NCBI GenBank assembly: GCA_004431415.1
Contig: QPMI01000494.1
Coordinates: 434,001-498,000, forward strand
Source: Cyanophora paradoxa CCMP329
Lineage: Eukaryota > Plantae > Glaucophyta
Length of the DNA stretch: 64,000 nt
Direction of reading: 5' to 3'
Part shown: positions 55,678 to 64,000 of the stretch, piece by piece
Layout: each line of letters starts with the position of its first letter
Position numbering within the stretch: the stretch's first letter is position 1
Made by a program: the position numbers and the translations under genes
Notes under the pieces: generated by a model
Databases searched by the model: none
Seen by the model: only the letters and a program-made list of their open reading frames with translations
What the model was told of the DNA's origin: nothing

Positions 55678-56393
55678 TTAGATTTCGTTTAGGATCGCTT
55701 TATCACCCAGAATTTCGGCGGCTTTCTCATTGTAAAATCGAGCTGCGTCTTCCTTTGTGTCACATATTTTGCGCCATCTCTGTTTGTTATGCATGAAATT
55801 CGCTTCCCACTTTCCAGATCTCGTTTGATTGACACCACGATAACCACTCGAATTCGTTGATTTCAGCAATCTACGAGTTAGATTTACAGGATCCACATCA
55901 TTAAGAACCGCAAGATCGCCGAACAGTTCGGTTGCTTTTGCATTGTATGCTGCTGCGGCTTCTTCTTTCGTGTTGAAGCATCCGAGATTATAAGAAATTC
56001 CGTTCTTTTGAATTTCAGCTCTCCATTTTCCAGTGTCTTTTCTCTGCATCACTCCTTTGAGACCTGACTTATTTGTTCGTCTCACGCCAGTGTTAATGAC
56101 GCTCTCTTGCGGGTTAAAAAGCGAAGATTGCAACGCCTATTATCCAATTTATCTCTGCTAATGTGATCTACAAAGTGCCCATCGCGGCTTCCCATAATCC
56201 ACTTGTGCATGTCAATATTCTTGCCCTTTCCAACATAGCCCCATGCGTAACCTCTGACATTATGAAAATACCACTTACTGATTTTAGTGACATGCTCATA
56301 GTCTGCTTCATCGACAAGCGCAAATTTGCCTTCTCCATGCTTCCCATTAAGTGCGATTCGCCTAATGCCTTCCATTTGTCCGCCGTATTCCAT
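55678..56393 (-). CDS. EVE2 HNH endonuclease with two AP2 domains, split by a 1-nt frameshift at ~56112
   Basis: VDHISRDKLDNRRCNLR in one frame. NKSGLKGV..GKWRAEI..EEAAAAYN and NSSGYRGV..EDAARFYN in the -1 frame. Confidence 0.88.
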
Positions 56394-56465
56394 AATACTG
56401 TAAATTGTCTTGTCCTTAAATGGGCAAAAGATAAAAAGAACGTCATTTTTTGTCCGACGAATTCC

Positions 56466-57779
56466 TTAGCTACTTACACGCCTGATTCCGTCGGCACCAA
56501 TTATCATTATGTTATGAGCGAGGGCAATGCACTGAATTTGCATCTTCTGATAAGCGGCACCCGCATACCATTCTGATGAACCTTCGGCTGCCGTTGTGAC
56601 ACCGTTGAATTCGAAGACCAGATCGAACGCCGATGTGCCTGTGGCATCGATGTAGCCCGTGTTCTCTTGGTTGAGAAGCGACGCCTTTCCGTTTCCAGCA
56701 CCGAAGTAAATGCCAGAGAGAGCCGGGTAGCTTGTGCTCTCGGTGAAAATCGCCGCATCATATTTATCTTGAAGTTCGGTCGCGGCAATCATGAGAGGAA
56801 GCGAAGTATTGGAGTAAAGGCGGTTATTGTTGAGTTCCACATAGAAGCTTACGGCGTTGGTTCTGAGTGCACGAGGAGCCAGAACCGAGAGAGTTCCGTT
56901 GTTAACCTTCGTCTTCGCGTTTTGGCGCACAGAGAATACGAGAGTGTGGATGAGACCCGCACCTGTGAGTTGCGAGAGATTGACTCGCGAACCGGAGGCG
57001 GTCGGCTGGAAATCTGTGTGTAGGAAACCGATTTCGTTGTAGGGGATCGCGATGCCAGTCGATTTAACACGGGCAATGGTCTCAGATACAACCGCCTCAT
57101 CGGCATTTACGACCTTGCAGATAATACGGGGTTTCAGCACTTGAAGGGAAGCACCACTGTTTACGACCGAAATATTGCCAACATTGTTTACATCCTCAAT
57201 GATACCATCACCAATCGCCTTGAATTCGATTTCGACCACGATCTCAGAGTTCAGAGCGCAAAGTGGGAACATCGCCTTCTCGAAAGGAGAGGGTAAATCG
57301 ATTTCGTAGGTTCCACCGACAGTGTTACCAGCGGTTCCGACAAGACCACCCACATAGCGAAGTTTCTTATCGAGTTCGCCCTGTTCGGTCATCAGTAGAA
57401 AATACTGAGTGACGAAATCCTCTGGGACAACGTAGCGGAATGAAGCGTGAGAGATTTCGATGCGCTTAATCAGCGATCCAATAACGCGAAGGTAGCCAGT
57501 GGTTGCAGCAACCCCATTCGTAAGATCAGTGAGGGTGATTGGGTTAAGATCGAGTTGCAGCGCGAGACCATTCAGGAAATGGTAGCGGGGGATTTTGAAG
57601 ACAACTCGGTTGCCGAGAGCGCTGGGTGGCTCAGTGTCGGGGGCGACCAGAACTCGAAGTGGCTTAGTGCCAGAGGACGTTCCAATGACCAGCGACTTGT
57701 TTAGGAAATAATCCTTGTAGTCATCGGTGGTGAGCATAGATTTCAGCGTTGGGCGCTGGAATTGGCTGTTAGTCTCCAT
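56466..57779 (-). CDS. EVE2 major capsid protein (437 aa)
   Basis: FKIPR..FLNGLALQLDL, LIKRIEI and MFPLCAL..IVVEIEFK. Collinear with the EVE1 MCP. Confidence 0.85.
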   Translation of the reverse strand: METNSQFQRPTLKSMLTTDDYKDYFLNKSLVIGTSSGTKPLRVLVAPDTEPPSALGNRVVFKIPRYHFLNGLALQLDLNPITLTDLTNGVAATTGYLRVIGSLIKRIEISHASFRYVVPEDFVTQYFLLMTEQGELDKKLRYVGGLVGTAGNTVGGTYEIDLPSPFEKAMFPLCALNSEIVVEIEFKAIGDGIIEDVNNVGNISVVNSGASLQVLKPRIICKVVNADEAVVSETIARVKSTGIAIPYNEIGFLHTDFQPTASGSRVNLSQLTGAGLIHTLVFSVRQNAKTKVNNGTLSVLAPRALRTNAVSFYVELNNNRLYSNTSLPLMIAATELQDKYDAAIFTESTSYPALSGIYFGAGNGKASLLNQENTGYIDATGTSAFDLVFEFNGVTTAAEGSSEWYAGAAYQKMQIQCIALAHNIMIIGADGIRRVSS

Positions 57780-57826
57780 GAGCGTTTCTTCTCTTATCTT
57801 TGGGATCAGAAAATAATTTAAAGGGC

Positions 57827-58753
57827 TCAGTAGAAATTCATTTCCGGCGGTGCGTCGTAGGTTTCGATTTCAAAAGTGAAATAATGCGCCCAAACCCCGA
57901 AATCTAAGAGAGCGCCATCATGGTCGATGAGTTTAATCGTCAAGCGGTCGAACGATTTTAATTCGCGGAATTCTCGAATGAGAGGCACCGTAGTGGACGT
58001 GTCGAAGTGGTAGATATCACCATGTTCGAGTTCCTGTGGGATTGGAATGCGCATGAAATAACCATCGACGTGCTTGTTGACTGAGCGAATAAACGGCGCA
58101 AATTCGTCAATATATAGCCAGATCATCGCCGCCGGGGTCTCATCTCCACGAGTATAGCCGCGAATGCGCCGATTGAGTGTCACAGTTCCCGTCCCAGGAT
58201 TGAATACAAGGAATGTATCGCTTGCAAAAGGGGTAAATGTCTCGTAAACATATAGTTGAATATCTTTGAAACCGAATATTGCGAGTTTCTTAGCGATTGC
58301 TTTGCGATTACTGGATTTTCTGAGTGTTTCAGGGGAAGCTTTGGAGAACTTGAACCAAAAGTTACTATCACTGAAAAACTCATAGATCTTTGAAGTAGTA
58401 TTATAGCGGCATTTAATATATTTTCCACCGAAATCTGAAAGGCGAGCTGCTTCGAGTCTTTCTGTGACTTTTGCGGCAAGGTCGTCTTTGGTGTAAAATC
58501 CTTTGGGGATTGTGATGGTCACGAATCCGGAATCCGAAGCTGTGACCGAGAAATAGAGTTCCATGCGCTCGATGGTTGCACCAGTGGCGTCTATATCGTT
58601 TGTCACGGTCGAAAGAACATTGGGAACCGTTGCCTGCACCAGGCGCACCGATTTTACGTTGTCATAGCGACGGGGTAATGTCACTACATACTGGTTTGGC
58701 TGAGTAAACTCCTCATCGCGATCATCGCTCGAAAAGCTCAGGTATTCTTTCAT
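57827..58753 (-). CDS. EVE2 minor capsid protein 1
   Basis: MKEYLSFSSDDRD...NQYVVTLPRRYDNVKSVRLV and FDRLTIKLIDHDGALLDF. The true start is likely the ATG at 58753. Confidence 0.8.
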   Translation of the reverse strand: MKEYLSFSSDDRDEEFTQPNQYVVTLPRRYDNVKSVRLVQATVPNVLSTVTNDIDATGATIERMELYFSVTASDSGFVTITIPKGFYTKDDLAAKVTERLEAARLSDFGGKYIKCRYNTTSKIYEFFSDSNFWFKFSKASPETLRKSSNRKAIAKKLAIFGFKDIQLYVYETFTPFASDTFLVFNPGTGTVTLNRRIRGYTRGDETPAAMIWLYIDEFAPFIRSVNKHVDGYFMRIPIPQELEHGDIYHFDTSTTVPLIREFRELKSFDRLTIKLIDHDGALLDFGVWAHYFTFEIETYDAPPEMNFY

Positions 58754-58769
58754 CTTACTATAATAGATT

Positions 58770-59615
58770 ATGAAAAGAATAACAATAAATTGCGACAGTA
58801 GAGACCTTGAAAACGGCGTGCTGCACTTGAAAACGCGCCTTAATAATGTAAGGCGATTTCGTGTGCTATCAGCTGAGATTCCCAATAGCTCTTATGTTGT
58901 TCCGCCCGATCAGACAATAACTATAACGCTTTTGAACGAAGAGCCCACAGTAATCCCCGCATCCAAAATGATAGCACCGATTCCCAGCGTAAACGATTAT
59001 TATTACGTCGATGCTGATAACGAACGATATCCGAAAGAGAGAGCTTTAAACAGTGATGCTTTACTCGGTTTTTCAGGCGGTTCTTTTAATCCTCTCGGTC
59101 TCTTCCCGGTTTCCTATTCTCTCGCTCTGTCTACGAACCGCTTCGTGTTCTCATCTCCGAATAGCCCTTTTACATTAGAGTCCTCAGACCAGGAGTTCTG
59201 TGACTGTCTCGGCATAGAACCCGGAGTGGTTTACGCCAGCACACCAGAACCAGTGCCGGTTCCACTCAGAGATTACCCCAGTCGCTACGCGATTATATGC
59301 CCGAAAATGGTCGACTTTAATGCAATTCCATATATTTACCTTGATATCGAAGAGCTCCGCCCGTTTACCAAATTCGCAGCGGTTACTGGGAGACAGAACA
59401 ATTTCGACGACTCCTATCTATTGCGAATTCAGATGAACTCGGACTTTGGTAGATATTCCTTTTACCACGAACCGAGCGCAAGCATCCCTTTCGTAAATGT
59501 CACATCGCAACTCGATTTAGATCGTCTCACAATATCGCTTCGAAAATGGCGGGGCTCTGTTGCAGATATAAACGGTCTCTCATACTCGTTTCAGCTGGAA
59601 GTGATCACCGACTAA
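58770..59615 (+). CDS. EVE2 minor capsid protein 2
   Basis: ITINCDSRD..LNNVRRFRVLSAEIPNS, YIYLDIEEL and LDRLTISLR..G..YSFQLEV. Confidence 0.8.
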   Translation: MKRITINCDSRDLENGVLHLKTRLNNVRRFRVLSAEIPNSSYVVPPDQTITITLLNEEPTVIPASKMIAPIPSVNDYYYVDADNERYPKERALNSDALLGFSGGSFNPLGLFPVSYSLALSTNRFVFSSPNSPFTLESSDQEFCDCLGIEPGVVYASTPEPVPVPLRDYPSRYAIICPKMVDFNAIPYIYLDIEELRPFTKFAAVTGRQNNFDDSYLLRIQMNSDFGRYSFYHEPSASIPFVNVTSQLDLDRLTISLRKWRGSVADINGLSYSFQLEVITD

Positions 59616-61105
59616 ACATAGTAGCCCTCGAAATCAATTCGGCATGCCGAAGCTACGTTCGTCGTGAGCACCCAGATTACGAGGGTTCTCACAGATCTCG
59701 GGTTCGCTAAGAAATGTTCGTCAGGATCGGCACTTCCGGCTATTTGATTTGCATTGGTAAACACTCTCGTCGCGCCGGCTTCTGTGTATGTTACAAGCGC
59801 CGAAACTCCCGGAGTTAATTGGTAATCGATCTCAAACGTTTTAATGTAGTTTCCATTCGCAGCCGGCTTCATTTTTATAGAGGAAAGCATAAACAGACGC
59901 GGGAAATCGATGCGTAAGTAATTGCCTCCCGACCTACTACCTTGCGGCGGGTTAGTAAATCCCACCCACCCCGTAGCATTTGACCAGCGGGCATCAGAAG
60001 CTGTGCCAAATTCCGCAATAAAGGCGCTATTATCGAGCGGCACCCAGTTGGACTCCGGGGGTGCGCTTACATCTGTGCACCCGGACAGATTAATTATGGG
60101 AACATCGCCCTCTGAGATATTCATCGTCAGCACTGAATACATCGCATTAAAATACGTTTGCTGTGCGGAAACAAAGGCGAGCGCTTCCGTTTCCAAATAT
60201 TGCAGGTGCGTCGTTGTGATTGTATCGAGGGTCATTTTATCTTTCGGTAAAGGAACGCTCAGCTTATAGTAGCGATCGTAATTCTGATCATCGTTTCTGG
60301 GTAAAAGTTCCAGTAGCTTTACGTGGGCGTTTAGATCGCTCGACTCTAAGAACATGCTGAGAATTGGCGATCCTGTGGCGCTTAGCATCCATTGCACGAT
60401 CCCCCAATTTTTCATGGTGTCATACGAATATCCCGCGGTTGCTTTATCGGCGTCTTGGACGTGACCCGCCGTAATCGAGACCACGATAAGCTCCTCCTCG
60501 CAAGAGTTTCCGAATAAAGTGCGGGCAAATGTGTAGCCGCAAACCCCGGGCGAATTATTTCCACTCATGCAACCATCGATTAAACAATATGTTCTTCCGG
60601 CGACTGTGACTTGTTTCGGCTCGAAATAGGTCGGAGCAGCCGAGGTAGCCCTTGCAGCATCGCGCACAAGCATCCCATTAATATCTTCATCGTTGCTTGA
60701 AATAAAAACGGGGGACATTAAGACCGTGTCGAACGCAGTTACTATGGTGGGTTTGTAGAGATCCGCCATGGTCGCTGAGCCGCAGAGTTCCAGAGCCACA
60801 GCTTCTAAATTCGTTGCTTCATACTTGGGGCGTTGCACAATCGATGTAAGCACTCGTGGATTCGCAAAAATCAGCGGCAGCTTCGCTTTGTAGAGCGCCA
60901 GAATATCAGTGGCAGTATATTTAGGGGCGCCATCGGTTCCCTTGATATTCAATAGGAGCGCGATTAATCCACCTGTGGATGTTCCCGCAAAGCAGTCGAA
61001 TAGCTGTTGGATTCGTTTACCGGTTTGGGCTTCAATCTGTGCCAGTATAGCAGCCTCGATTATTCCACGCGACCCTCCACCACTCAGACATAAAACGGTC
61101 TTCAT
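59612..61105 (-). CDS. EVE2 patatin-like phospholipase fused to a C-terminal discoidin (F5/8 type C) domain
   Basis: LSGGGSRG, AGTSTGG, ATSAAPTYFEP and LIDGC. C-terminus NYLRIDF..YIKTFEIDY..VFTNAN..RTLVIWV..CRIDFEG. Confidence 0.88.
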   Translation of the reverse strand: MKTVLCLSGGGSRGIIEAAILAQIEAQTGKRIQQLFDCFAGTSTGGLIALLLNIKGTDGAPKYTATDILALYKAKLPLIFANPRVLTSIVQRPKYEATNLEAVALELCGSATMADLYKPTIVTAFDTVLMSPVFISSNDEDINGMLVRDAARATSAAPTYFEPKQVTVAGRTYCLIDGCMSGNNSPGVCGYTFARTLFGNSCEEELIVVSITAGHVQDADKATAGYSYDTMKNWGIVQWMLSATGSPILSMFLESSDLNAHVKLLELLPRNDDQNYDRYYKLSVPLPKDKMTLDTITTTHLQYLETEALAFVSAQQTYFNAMYSVLTMNISEGDVPIINLSGCTDVSAPPESNWVPLDNSAFIAEFGTASDARWSNATGWVGFTNPPQGSRSGGNYLRIDFPRLFMLSSIKMKPAANGNYIKTFEIDYQLTPGVSALVTYTEAGATRVFTNANQIAGSADPDEHFLANPRSVRTLVIWVLTTNVASACRIDFEGYYV

Positions 61106-61148
61106 TATCTTATATACTTCTTATATATCTTCTTTGTTTATAAAGAGG

Positions 61149-64000
61149 ATGTCGTTCCTGAATCCGCGACCAGACGCACGAGTTATTAATTCGACCACTC
61201 AGATAGAGGACACTGATCAGGTAAACACTGAAATTCGCGGGTCTCTGAAAATAAACTTCAATGCAGACCGCGAAGATCCAGTCAGTGGAACACCGAGCAG
61301 ACCCGCAGCTTTGCAGTTAATGAACGTCGAGAAAGGGGATCATAAACTTGGAATCGACTTTTTACTTGATGATAACGAACGAAACAGAGTCGCCAGCATT
61401 CAGGCAACCCGCCAGCTACCGAAAACGGTGCGATATAATCGTAGGAACATCCCGAAAGCATTCGATAGAGGTCGCTTAAACTTCTTCATTCAAGATGAGA
61501 GCGGTTTCCAAAATGCAGCTATGAGAATCGTGGATAATAGCACACTTATAGCGGGAGTATCCACACGGAAAACAAAGGTAGAGGTCGTCCATGATCTCTC
61601 AGCAGGTAATCTAACGACGAGTAACATTACAGCAAGTAACATCACTACGGATACCCTAAATGTAAACTCGCTCAACTCCGAGTCGTTTTTCGCCACCAAT
61701 GTCGCAACCTGTAACCTAAACATCGAATCCTTTGTGATTCAGAAGAGCGAATCGGTTCCCCAGATAACAGAGGGTGTTTTCACATTAGACCCCGCGAAAC
61801 CGACCTTAGAAATTGTCGAAAACGGGAGCGTTGTAAATATAATTGGTGCCAATGCCCCGAATGTGCGATCCATAGCTCTTGATAAAACGACTATCTCGTT
61901 TGCTGAGGAAGTTCCGACATTTACCACAGAGAAACAAGCACTGAGAACCGATCACGTTCACATTACCAGACAAAATGTAAACGATCTTTTGGGCAAGGAC
62001 ATTGTAAAGGCGTTTTTGGAGTTCGAGAGGAACAAGAACACCAAAGATTCCAGCCAGGATGGAACCCTCACGACTCACACAACCGAAATAGCCGCAATAC
62101 AATCGGAGATTAATGCACTGTTTGCAGCAGATGGAGCGCTTGCAATTACCTTAGCCCATATTCTATCGAAAAGGAACATTTACCCCGCGACTGATAACAC
62201 ATACCGAGTTGGTTTATCGAATCTGAGATGGTCAGAGGTGCATGGAGTTTCCATGTTTGCCTCCAATTTAATCCTTCCATTAAATCACTCACTCCGACCT
62301 AATCAGATTCTTACCAATGGTAATGCACTGATCAGCTACACCGACTATAATAGTAACCTTTCCCGCTCGGTTTCGCAAACTGAGACCTACACTGTCGAGG
62401 GATACCCTCAGCAGCTCGCAAATGGGGTCTATGTCGCTTATGTAGGCAAACCTACATATACATTCACTTGGGATCAGTTGGGTGTCACAGGTTTCGAGAC
62501 GAATATACCCACTGTTTCATTGGTGGATCACACTACTTATTATAATCCTATCTATAACAATAATGAATCTAATAAAGCATTTATCCAAAATGTCACCTCC
62601 ACAGGGTTTCAGGTCTCGTTTGTCATTAACGAGACATACAATTTACTTATCATCCGAAACAACTCATTGAGTTCCGAAGCTACTATTAGTTTCACTCTCA
62701 CCATCAATTACATTAGCCCTGTATTCGATAGCAAACCCAGAGTAAAGGTTTACCGAGATTTACAAGGTAGCAATATCGTGCCCTTCTCACAGAATTTCGA
62801 TCTTGGGGCGAATTCTTTAAGGTGGAACACAGTTTATACTTTGAGTGCAAACACCTGTAATATTGTGGTCGCAGGATCATCGGCTACTATTGGAGAATTG
62901 ACCGCCCCTTTTAGAAAGGAGTTTCTCAAAGAACTGTATATAACAAAGTCTGATTTACCAGATGCTATTTCGTTGGTGCTCTCCCCCACTCCCAGTATAT
63001 CCTACCACAATGTGAAAGACACCAGTAATGTAGTGCAAAGGGGAAGCAAAGTAATCCAGGCATCCGAGATATCAGCAACAACATATAGATACCTTGCAGG
63101 GGTTCCAGCAAACTTCAATTTTACATTTGAGACACCATTTGTCTCCCCTCCTACTATTGAAATAACTGACACGAATTTGTATGTGATCAATAATGGGTCG
63201 ACCACCTCTATTAACAATGCACCAGCCGGCTACTCCCCATTTGTTGCAACTAACATAACAACCACCGGCTTTACACTTGTCGGAAGTGCAACAGTGACAT
63301 ATGCTCTGACAGCATATCCTGTTGGGTTGTATTTTGCGAAATTTAATCTTTCAGCGATCCCACCTGTGTCCCTTTCTCCTCCCTTTACTATCAGTTGGAA
63401 GGCAACAGGAACTATTCCACGATTCGACCCCGAAGATCGCTTGAAAATTAGGTATCCTCTCGATGTGACCGACCTCCATACTACGAGAATAAATGGGCAG
63501 AATTTCGTATTTAATGGAACCAATGCGACTCTGATCAATAACAGTGTCACAAATAATTACTTTTTCGATTCTCGATATATTAATACTTGCAACATTGTCA
63601 TACAGAACACGTTTGAAAATCGCAGTAAGACCTTAACAGTCACCTTGCCCACTCACTCGAATGTCTCAGATGGATTTCACTATTATCTTTTCAATCGTAA
63701 TTACACCTCATATATTCCATATCCTTCTGAGACTGTCAACATGAGCTATCCCAGAGTTACCCTAACATCGACCAATGCTGACTTCTTTGGATCCACGGAC
63801 TTTATGACCTTCTTTGCTTTCACATCCTCTACTGATGGGCTTTTAGTTTATTACACTTTCAGGTATGATGCTGTTTGGACTCAGCTTGACAGCCACCCAA
63901 ATACAGATGTAATCGAAGTGGGCGATAAGAAGTATATTAAAACCGCTTCCCCATGGGTGTGCACTGTCCGGCTCGATGACAGATACACTCCCAACCTAAA
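61149..64000 (+). CDS. EVE2 large fibre/receptor-binding-like protein, >950 aa, truncated by the window end
   Basis: ATG at 61149 (MSFLNPRPDARV). The same frame gives NIYPATDNTYRVGLSNLRWSEV, NIVPFSQNFDLGANSLRWNTVY and FTFETPFVSPPTI, and is still open at 64000. Rich in T, N and S. Confidence 0.75.
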   Translation, partial: MSFLNPRPDARVINSTTQIEDTDQVNTEIRGSLKINFNADREDPVSGTPSRPAALQLMNVEKGDHKLGIDFLLDDNERNRVASIQATRQLPKTVRYNRRNIPKAFDRGRLNFFIQDESGFQNAAMRIVDNSTLIAGVSTRKTKVEVVHDLSAGNLTTSNITASNITTDTLNVNSLNSESFFATNVATCNLNIESFVIQKSESVPQITEGVFTLDPAKPTLEIVENGSVVNIIGANAPNVRSIALDKTTISFAEEVPTFTTEKQALRTDHVHITRQNVNDLLGKDIVKAFLEFERNKNTKDSSQDGTLTTHTTEIAAIQSEINALFAADGALAITLAHILSKRNIYPATDNTYRVGLSNLRWSEVHGVSMFASNLILPLNHSLRPNQILTNGNALISYTDYNSNLSRSVSQTETYTVEGYPQQLANGVYVAYVGKPTYTFTWDQLGVTGFETNIPTVSLVDHTTYYNPIYNNNESNKAFIQNVTSTGFQVSFVINETYNLLIIRNNSLSSEATISFTLTINYISPVFDSKPRVKVYRDLQGSNIVPFSQNFDLGANSLRWNTVYTLSANTCNIVVAGSSATIGELTAPFRKEFLKELYITKSDLPDAISLVLSPTPSISYHNVKDTSNVVQRGSKVIQASEISATTYRYLAGVPANFNFTFETPFVSPPTIEITDTNLYVINNGSTTSINNAPAGYSPFVATNITTTGFTLVGSATVTYALTAYPVGLYFAKFNLSAIPPVSLSPPFTISWKATGTIPRFDPEDRLKIRYPLDVTDLHTTRINGQNFVFNGTNATLINNSVTNNYFFDSRYINTCNIVIQNTFENRSKTLTVTLPTHSNVSDGFHYYLFNRNYTSYIPYPSETVNMSYPRVTLTSTNADFFGSTDFMTFFAFTSSTDGLLVYYTFRYDAVWTQLDSHPNTDVIEVGDKKYIKTASPWVCTVRLDDRYTPNL

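Larger units (their letters stand above)
44600..64000. mobile_element. EVE2: integrated Polinton-like virus, right part outside the window (left boundary approximate)
   Basis: Compositional shift and a ~1.6-kb structured non-coding terminus, followed by intronless packed genes: integrase, Pol-helicase, ATPase, MCP, two mCPs and a fibre-like protein. The TIR and TSD cannot be checked. Confidence 0.9.

Noticed and set aside
56105-56125. Programmed -1 frameshifting in the HNH-AP2 gene (and in pPolB at ~10026)
   Set aside because: Neither site is a canonical X XXY YYZ heptamer. The same kind of 1-nt loss occurs in host nhaD, which points to homopolymer errors.
1-64000. rRNA, tRNA or other structured RNA genes
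   Set aside because: None recognised by eye. A covariance-model scan would be needed to exclude them.

Overview
This is eukaryotic DNA from a very GC-rich, intron-dense genome with tiny exons and some GC-AG introns. A plastid-type NhaD antiporter and a Deg1-like PDZ protein suggest an alga (inference). Two AT-richer endogenous Polinton-like viruses (PLVs) are integrated here. EVE1 (2078-12750, 10,673 bp) is complete, with ~430-460 bp TIRs and a perfect 6-bp TSD (CCCGGC). It encodes a minor and a major capsid protein, an A32-type ATPase, an HNH-AP2 nuclease, an AT-hook protein, an rve integrase and a protein-primed PolB, and it sits inside a host exon. EVE2 (~44600 to beyond 64000) has a related major capsid protein but a different replication gene: a degenerate pPolB fused to an SF1 helicase and an HNH-like domain. 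It also carries unusual cargo: a pyruvoyl-type S-adenosylmethionine decarboxylase, a patatin-discoidin fusion, two head-to-head minor capsid paralogues and a >950-codon fibre-like ORF missing from the ORF track. Its terminal region contains hairpins and ordered repeat arrays, and several genes share an upstream motif. Between the two viruses lie host genes, MITEs and a CACTA-type element at the junction of a 511-bp duplication. All family assignments come from motifs read by eye, with no database searches. Three single-base frameshifts in short homopolymers suggest assembly indel errors.
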